Below are positions 55,486 through 64,000 of a stretch of 64,000 nucleotides of DNA, one piece after another. Source of the DNA: the human T2T-CHM13v2.0 reference genome, Homo sapiens. The notes under the pieces are model-generated. The model was not told where the DNA came from and made no database searches. It saw only the letters and a list, made by a program, of their open reading frames with translations. A program made the translations under genes and the position numbers. The number at the start of each line of letters is the position of its first letter. Position 1 is the first letter of the stretch. Location: assembly GCF_009914755.1 (NCBI RefSeq), contig NC_060932.1. One strand, 5' to 3'.

Positions 55486-58400
55486 GTATTACCTAAGGCA
55501 GAGGTGCAGATGACAATCTTGGATAGACAGCTCAAAACTCTTAGTACTAAAATAATCCTAATAATAATTTTCCTTCCAAAGTTACCACCAACAATCAGAT
55601 CTCTTAAGGGTTGGTGCCTTAGGTTTTCGAGCCTTGTGTATCTTTTGGCTTTCTTTTTTGGTTGTGTGCTATTTATCTCATAGAAAGAAACCTCTTCTTC
55701 ATCCTATGCCAGTGCTGTATTGTAGGGGCTTGTTGACATCTTCCTGATATGTAGCAATCCAGGTGACTGGCCTCTGGCTTCTTAAGAGCAAGGCCATCAC
55801 ACGCTTTTTTTTTTCTTTGTCTGCTTGTTTCCTTGTAAGGGTCCCACATACAGTGGGCGCTTAACAAAAATTTGATCAACTGAACTCATTTTCTATCTCC
55901 GTTCTCTCCACTTCAATCTTTCCCTTTTACTTCTTCCAGATTAGTTTTCCTACAGCAAAATGGGAATTGTCCAAAAACTGCCCTTCATCTTTATAACTTG
56001 AAGGATTCATTTACCCTAAGCCGTCCTTTTAAATTTACTATCACAGACTAGATAGAAATGTCTGGGTTCACGAAGAATAGGCATGTGTGCCACCATATTT
56101 TCTGTTGAAAACTTTGGAAAGTGTCTTTTAGCAAACAACATGAAGCATAGAATTTGACCATCCCTGACAATGTACAAGGATCATCCACATTCTCACATGT
56201 CCATGGCTACTTTCCCACTCCTTCCCCAACCTTGAAATCTTGAATTCAAAAGAAAATATGAGAAGACAGTTTGCCTCATATAAGGCAACAGGTTGCTTAA
56301 TCTTTCTTGCCTACACACATTCAAGAGCTCCAGAAAATTTTCTGATCTACTTAGAATGCCTGATCATCTTCTTGGGTAAAAGCAATAAGTCCTACACAGA
56401 ATCACCAAAACCATGTCTGTTCAAGGGGTCTTATACCTGTGATTCATGATTGCATGCTCAATGCAGAAGGGCGTGCTCTGTTGCAGGGTCATATCTGGTC
56501 ATTGTGTTTAAGTTCTAATTTAGAAGACTAGTTGCTGAGGAGGAAGAGGGAAGGATAATGTTAGGAAATGGAATCAAACTTAAGGGGAAAAGTCCAGTAC
56601 AAGGGACCAACAGTATTGAGGGGCAATAGGTTGAAGATTTCTTAGATTATTGCAATATTTTCAAGGAGGCCCCACGAATCCTTCCTGGCTGACCCCACCA
56701 AAGCTTTGGCATAGCCTTTATGCCAAATGTCTTAGACTAACTAACTTTTCCAAAAGAAAATAGAGGAGTTATAGAGACCAATATTTAATAGAATAATGCC
56801 TGATTATTTTGCTTTTGAGGTCTAGTAACTGCTAGTAAACTTGCCTAATTAATTCACATTTAGAAGTAGAGTAAAGAGGGTTTCAACCACTTGAAACACC
56901 ACTGACTTCATTTCATGTGAGAGTTGCTATGGAGAGCTAATGAACTATGAGGCTGCAGGTCTCTCAGCCAATAGGTCTTCTAGATTTCCTATGTGACTCC
57001 CTTTTCTGGTCATAGGCGATTTTGCTTTTGCTTTGAGTGTTATAGCACAATAAGGTGTCAGACACTCTACTCTTACCAAGTCTTACACAAAGTTTATCTT
57101 GTTATTTGGTGGAGCTTGGCTCATAAAAACAAAAAAAAAAAAAACGAGAATGATAAAGAGGAGGACAGCAATCCTCACGGCTGAGGAAAGAAGAAAGCTT
57201 GGCTTTATTTCCAGTAGACAGAGAAAACTTCCGTCTGTGGCTCTCTAGCACCAGTGGAATGTCTCTGTTTGGATAATAAGTGTCCTTCCATACCTCATTA
57301 CGCATATTCACAGAGATGTACTATGCACACAAAATAACCTTCATAGGATGACTGAGAGTCCATGTTTTATTGGACACTAAGTTCATTAGAATGATGTGGG
57401 TGCACAGTTTTGACCAGAAAACCTTGTTAAATGGGAACATAAGCTACCAATATTTTGGCAAAAGATTAAGGTTTATGAACAAACAACCATTTATGTTAAG
57501 TTACAATTAATTAGGCCATGTTGAGAAACCTTTTAGTTTAGTTAATGATTAGACATTTTGTTAGTGAACCTTCCCAGAGTTTACTAGCCCTATTAATCCC
57601 CACTTTGCCGCTGGTCTGAACCCCCACAGTGCCTTGTTTATGGTACAGTGCCTACTGCCTTGTATGTTAGATTAGTGAACGTATATTTGCCTCCTCTACT
57701 ACTGCAGGAGTTTCTTGTTTGCCAGGACAGGGCTATATTCCTCAGAGTTGAGGAGGAGTTGAATCAAGTGGTCATTTATTCTCAAATCCTCTTCATCAAG
57801 TGAAGCAAAACAGGACAGTGAAAGGTCACTGCACATGGAAGCAGGAGGTCTGGATTTCAGTTCTAAATCTCTAGATCTATTACTAACTGGAGGTATGGAT
57901 AGAGTCAGGAAAATTTTCTTCCTTAAGTCTTGATAGCACCTATGTAGGTCCAGATCCATTGGATCTAGATAAGGGGATTCTCAATAATTACTGTGCATAA
58001 ATCAACTGAAAGAGTTAGTTTGCAATGCAGATTCTTAGCCCCATTCTATGAAATTTTTACTGTTTTATAAATTGATAAATAATTTTTATTAGACAATGTA
58101 ATTTTCCTTACTTGCACCAGCATACAAAAATATTGAATAATATTAGCAGCAGAATCTTTCAACAAAATATCTATGTATAGCTATTAAACCACTTTGTTTC
58201 ACTGCTTTTTATTTTCTTTTATTTATCACTATTGTCTTCATTATTATCGTCACACATTATTGAATACCCATCATGGAGCATATGGCATAAACATTGTTTC
58301 TGCTCATAAGGAGTATGTATTCTCTACATGTTTATAAAATTAATGCCTGAATAAGTTTGCTTAAACAAGGCAGAAGTTGATTTCTTTTTCACTTAAAATT

Positions 58401-58634
58401 AACCTGTAGTTATACCATTCAGGGCTAGTACAGATTCTTTCTTATATCATTAGGGATGCAGGTCCCTTCCAGCTCTTTGCTCTGCTATACTTTAGAAAAG
58501 GTCGTAGTTTGGCTGCTAAATTCCCACCTATTATTTCTGAATTCTAGACAGCAGGGAGAAAAAAGGCATGAGAGAATGGCAAAGGAACATCTACCCTTCC
58601 TTTTTAAATTTTTTAACCAACCCCCCTTAAAAAC

Positions 58635-59965
58635 ACTTTGTTGAGACATGATTACATTCAAAAAGCTGTACCTATTTAATGTGTATATCTCAGTGAGTTT
58701 GAGAATAAGGATACATTGTGAAAGCATCACTACCATCAAGATTATAAACATATTCATCACCTCCCAAAGTTCTCCCTCCCATTCTAATTATTATTTTTAT
58801 TGGTAAGAATAATTAACATAAAATTCACCCTCCTATTATATTTTAAGTATGCAATACAGTATTCATAGCTATAAGCACTAAGCTGTAAATTAGACCTCCT
58901 GAACTTATTTATGTGGTATATCTAAAACTTTGTACTGTAATCACACCTACACACTTACCTGCACCACAGCTCCTGGCCAGTCTACCCTCTGCTTCTGAGT
59001 TTGTTTTTTTGAGATTTCAAATACAAGTGGAATCATACAGTATTTGTCATTCTGTGTTTGGTTTATTTCACATGACTTCATGCCCTTCAGATGCATCAAT
59101 GTTGTCACAAATGACAGGGTTTCATTATTATATAATACTGAATAATATTCCATTGTGCATATATATATATATATATATATGTATAACATTAATTCAGCCA
59201 TTCATGAATGAATGATAACATGTATGTCTTCTTCATAGATCTTGACTATTGTGAACAGTGTTGAAAGGAACATAGGAGCGCAGATATCTCTTTCACATAC
59301 TGATTTCAATGACTTCATATATATATATTTATATATATGATATATATATTATATATAAAATAAGTGGGATTGCTGGAACAAAATGGTATTTTTATTGTTA
59401 ATTTTTGAGAAACCTCCATACTGTTTTCCAAGGTGGCCATACTAATTTACATTCCCACCACCAGTATACAAAGGTTCCCTTTTCTCCACATCCTTACCAA
59501 CACTTGTTGTCATCCATCTTTTTGATAATAGCTATTCTAACAGGTGTGAGGTGGTATTTCTTGGTTGTTTTCATTTGCATTCCCGTGATGACTAGAGAGG
59601 GTAAGAATTGTTTATATATATGTTGTCCATTTGTATCTCCTTTTTCGACAAATGCTTGCTCATATATCTTTGTTCATTTTTATGTTTTTAATTTTTATTT
59701 TAGACACAGAGGATACATGTGCAGGTTTGTTACATAGATGTATTGTGTGCTGCTGAGGTTTACAGTATGAATGATCTCATCACACATGTAGTGAACATAA
59801 TACCCAATAGGTAGTTTTTCAGGCCTTGCACCCAACCCTCCCTCCTCCCTCTAAGAATCTCCAGTGTCTGTTGTTTCCATATAAGTGAGAGCTGAACAGT
59901 GTATAACCCAATGTTTAGCTCTCACTTATACATGAGAATATGTAATATTTGGTTTTCTGCTCCTG
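58635..59965 (-). mobile_element. Nested L1 3' fragments (L1M-type plus an L1PA/PB 3' end) with (TA)n tracts
   Basis: gagaaacctccatactgttttcca...aatttacattcccacca; ggatacatgtgcaggtttgttacatag. Confidence 0.8.
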
Positions 59966-59967
59966 CG

Positions 59968-60117
59968 TACCACACCACACTGGGCTAATTTTTATATTTT
60001 TGGTAAAGATGGGGTAGCTTCAGCATGTTGGCCAGGCTGGTCTTGAATTCCTGAGTTCATGCGATCCACCCACCTCACAAAGTGCTGACATAACAGGCAT
60101 GACCCAGTGCACCTGGC
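59968..60117 (-). mobile_element. Alu left-monomer fragment
   Basis: catgttggccaggctggtcttgaattcctga...cacctggc. Confidence 0.8.
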
Positions 60118-60877
60118 TTTTCTGAACTTTTTTAGCTTATATTAGGTTTGTCTGTTCTAGAATTTTGTATACATTTATTTATATTATAGGACACTTTTTA
60201 GCTTAGCTTTCCCCACTCGGGGTTAGAAAGATTATATTGATCCATGATCATGATGTCGATTCATAGAGTTGATTATTCCCATTTATTGATAAATATTACT
60301 CCATAATATGCATATAATTTATCAATTTCCTCTCAATAGACATTTGTGCTGTTCCCAGGCTTCAGCTATTGTTAATAGAACTCAAGGACACATTTTTAAA
60401 AGAAAAAATTTCAACCCAAAATGTCCTTTCCTTTTGGCTCTCCAATATTGTGTCAGGGTTATATATTTGTTGTCTTGAAAATCCAATTACATTGAACAGG
60501 AGGTGTCTCTAGAATCAAGGTTCAGTATATGGTGGTCTGGCTGTGTCCTGGAATGTAGCCCTTATTAGTTTTATTGAGCATTTTCCTATATAAATTGAAA
60601 TCAAGTTGAAGACTCATTTTTCCACAGTAGGACAAATAGAACAGTTTAGGACTTTGGAGAGATAGCAACTTGCTGCTTGCCTGTGCAACCCACCTCAAAA
60701 GATACAACTCCTCCAACTTTTGATTTCTGGTGACTTCTCCAAACAATTAGATGTGAATTGACCTTATTCCCTTACATTACTACATGTCGATATTCTGCAC
60801 CTGGCCAAATACAGTATAAAACTGATGAGCATACATTTCTTTTAGTTTCATATTTTCTATTTAAAGCTACTCTCTTT

Positions 60878-61170
60878 GGCTGGGCACTATGGCTCATGAC
60901 TGTAATCCCAGCAGTTTGGAAGGCCAAGATAGGTGGATCACTTGAGGCCAGGGGTTTGAGACCTGCCTGACTAACATGATGAAAGCTGTCTTCCTGAAAA
61001 ATACAAAAATTTTCTGGGTGTGGTGGCACGTGCCTGTAATCCCAGCTACTCAGGAGGCTGAGGCAGGAGAATCACTTGAACCCAGGAGGCAGAAGGTGCA
61101 GTGAGCCAAGATCCCACCTCTGCATTCCATCCTGGGTGACAGAATTAACCTCCATCTCAAAAAAATAAAA
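60878..61170 (+). mobile_element. Alu (older S/J-type)
   Basis: Full dimer with A-tail; near-TSD aaagctact/aaagctaat. Confidence 0.93.
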
Positions 61171-61397
61171 AGCTAATCTATACTTTTCTTTTGGTGCATT
61201 ATTAGAACATAGAAGGCAATAAGGCAAAACTATTGTGGGTATATTAGTGCGTATCTGTAGCACCTAGCACAGTGCCTAGCCCATAACTTGTGTTGAAAAT
61301 TAAGAGAACCTTCTTCATGACAGATCATTTGGAGAACATGTTATGGGTGTGGGAGAAAAAGATTCCTAACTCTCCACCCCAGAAATAATTTTGCTGA

Positions 61398-61598
61398 TAC
61401 AAAAATCAGCCAGACATGGTGGCACAGGCCTATAATCTCAGCTACTTAGGAGGATGAGTTTGAGGATAAGGATACATTGTGAAAAAGGTGGGAAAATCAC
61501 TTGAACACAGGAGGCAGAGATTGCAGTGAGCCAAGAGTGCCCCACTGCACTCCAGCCTAGGCAACAGAGAAAGACTCTGTCTGAAAGAAAAAAAAAAG
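61398..61598 (+). mobile_element. Alu right monomer carrying a 30-bp foreign insert
   Basis: tacaaaaatcagcc...cactgcactccagcc...A-tail; insert at 61455-61484. Confidence 0.88.
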
Positions 61599-61996
61599 TT
61601 GTTGCTATATAGCACATAATTTCATTGTCATCTCATTTAAAATTGAATAGCACATTTGGGTTGAATTCTTGTGCCTGCAGATACATTTGCTTCTGGCTTA
61701 AAATCACTGGCTGTAGGAGGAAACTCCAGCAGAGGGCATCGTAAGGATTTCATAGTGTCTATGGTCATCTTGGTAATTCCTCAGATAATTCCTGGCAATT
61801 CTATTAGGTCTTGAACTTCACTTACTTCTTACATGTTTAATAAAAAGAAGTTCAAAACATTGCCATGGCTGTTGAATTCCCACAGGCTTGTCTTCCCTTT
61901 AAAATTCATCACATGGTTTGTACTCTTTTGCAGATATAATACGTAAGTTTGCAGGTGGATGCTTTCAGCCAATAAGTTCAAAAGTACTGCTACAAG

Positions 61997-62353
<357 letters not shown>

Positions 62354-62834
62354 TTATAGAGAATGTCTGTTAATTTCTTTAACTCCAAATTTGTGTTATG
62401 TCCCTTGGTCTCCTGTCATACCATAAATTGTATTATTCATAAAATGGACAATTTGTCTACAGTTATTTCTTCTCAGTATGCTACATCTCTTTAGAATTTA
62501 AACATAGAGTGTCTCCCAACCTGAAATTGAAAAACCAGAAAAATGTTTTCGGACACCTTTTATTTCCAGCTGTTTTTATGTCCTCTCCTGAATCCAAGTT
62601 GAGGGTAAAGTCCATTCATCAGCATTTCTCCTCAACTCACAACAACCTCATTCCACTCCAGTATGATGTTTGTCCCCACAAATTGATGCACATAATTCTT
62701 GCTGGCAGTGGTAATGTCCTAATAAAAAAATATCACGAGATGGCGTCAGACTTTACTTTATTTTCTAGCTCAGCAGAATTTGATTCCTGTCTGATAAGGA
62801 AACCCTATTTTCCCTAGAAACTTTTCACTTTTGT

Positions 62835-63270
62835 CACAGGTTTGGTTCCCAGGGAACTGGATATAGATAAAGTTTAGTGTGCAGGATGTTTATTAGGAAG
62901 TGATGTGAGGATCCACATCTGTGGAAAGGATTGGAGGGAAGCCTTATGTGCAAAGGGACAAGTCTAATGGCAGTGCAGCCTGACATTGTCACCTGGCCAC
63001 ACGGACAGAGCTGTAGAGCTAAGAAGTCCTCCCCTATTTGTCCCAACTGAATCAAATGGCAAAGCCTATGTACCCCTTGCCTCCATTAATGATTGTGTGC
63101 TTGCCACTTGTGGAGGATGAGACTTTGAAGCAGGTGGCTTTCTGTGGCTGAAGAAAACCTTAAATGTGCTGACAAAGCTTTCCAAAGAGACAGAGAATGG
63201 CATCTGCCAGGTATGTTGCCCCTTTCCAAAGAGGAAGCAACAAGGGTAATGGCCTCCAATGGCTCTGTAT
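62835..63270 (-). mobile_element. ERVL LTR16-like fragment
   Basis: ggttcccagggaa...gtgtgcaggatgtttattaggaagtg...catctgtggaa resembles the recalled LTR16 consensus. Confidence 0.5.
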
Positions 63271-64000
63271 GCAGATAGGTGGACAGTAATGTCTGTCCTT
63301 CCTGTGACCTAAGAAGAACAGTTGGCAGACTTGCAGCCAGGCAGTTAGAGGTGACACAGTGTTAGGAGATAAACATCTGTCAGAAGCAGTGCTTCTTTGA
63401 ATCAGGTGTGACACGAGCCTTGCATCCCTTGCATGGACCCCTTCCCCATTATCTTGCTGTCCTACCTCATGAAGGTGGGTGGGTGCTGGCTGGTGGGTGG
63501 TCCCTGTACCAGGTACACTTTGCCTGCAGTCTTTCCACATGAGTTCCAAGGTACCCCATGTGGTCATCCATGAACGTTGTGTTTTCCTTATGCTGCATGT
63601 CCTTTGCCTTTGAGGAACACGTTTCATTTGACTCTGAGTCCAAACAACTCAAGTGTCCCTATATCTGTACATTGTCCTTCACTTAAGGGAATCTCCAATC
63701 CCTAATGACTTTCTTTTATTTTTGCTATTAATATTATAACAATTAACATTGTCATTATTATCTTCATTGTTGATATTCAGTTATTTTTATTAATAGAGTT
63801 ACTGTGAATTATTATATTGTAGCTACTTACACCAAGATGAAGATAATTTATTAGTTCAGGAAGAATCTGCATTCTGAAGACAAATAGAAGTTCCAGCTAC
63901 AGATGGGCAGACACATGCCCTCTCAATTCCTGATGGACCTCCTAGTGCCTTCTGGACCTAAGGGGCCTCCCTCAATGTTCCAAGATGCCACCAAGGCAGG

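Noticed and set aside
55673-55879. Cys-containing ORF near DEFB109 as a possible second defensin exon
   Set aside because: Lacks the six-Cys spacing and the terminal CC.

Overview
Human (primate) genomic DNA. The gene content and order match the 8p23.1 segmental-duplication block as I recall it: ZNF705D, FAM66 lncRNA, USP17 pseudogene, USP17L7, USP17L2, DEFB109 pseudogene. From left to right: (1) a 5-coding-exon KRAB zinc-finger gene (ZNF705 family, 300 aa, + strand); (2) a CpG-island promoter with a perfect NRF1 palindrome, probably starting the FAM66 lncRNA; (3) a short RS447 megasatellite (~4.7 kb unit, genes on the - strand) carrying a truncated USP17 pseudogene, a full-length but catalytically dead USP17L7-like ORF (C89F), an intact USP17L2/DUB3-like ORF, and degenerate gene-less edge units; (4) a two-exon beta-defensin DEFB109 copy with a stop at codon 14. 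Alu, L1, L2, HSMAR2, MER4 and THE1/MST elements are interspersed. I found no wholly new gene system. The least-explained items seen directly are: a 330-bp near-perfect inverted repeat in the defensin intron; a + strand terminal exon that mirrors defensin exon 2; an orphan USP17 promoter in an ORF-less fourth repeat unit; an intact zinc finger hidden behind the ZNF705 stop codon; a 30-bp templated insertion inside an Alu; and an old ~1.3-kb duplication that preserves the empty site of an Alu. Paralog names and repeat subfamilies come from memory and were not checked by database search.
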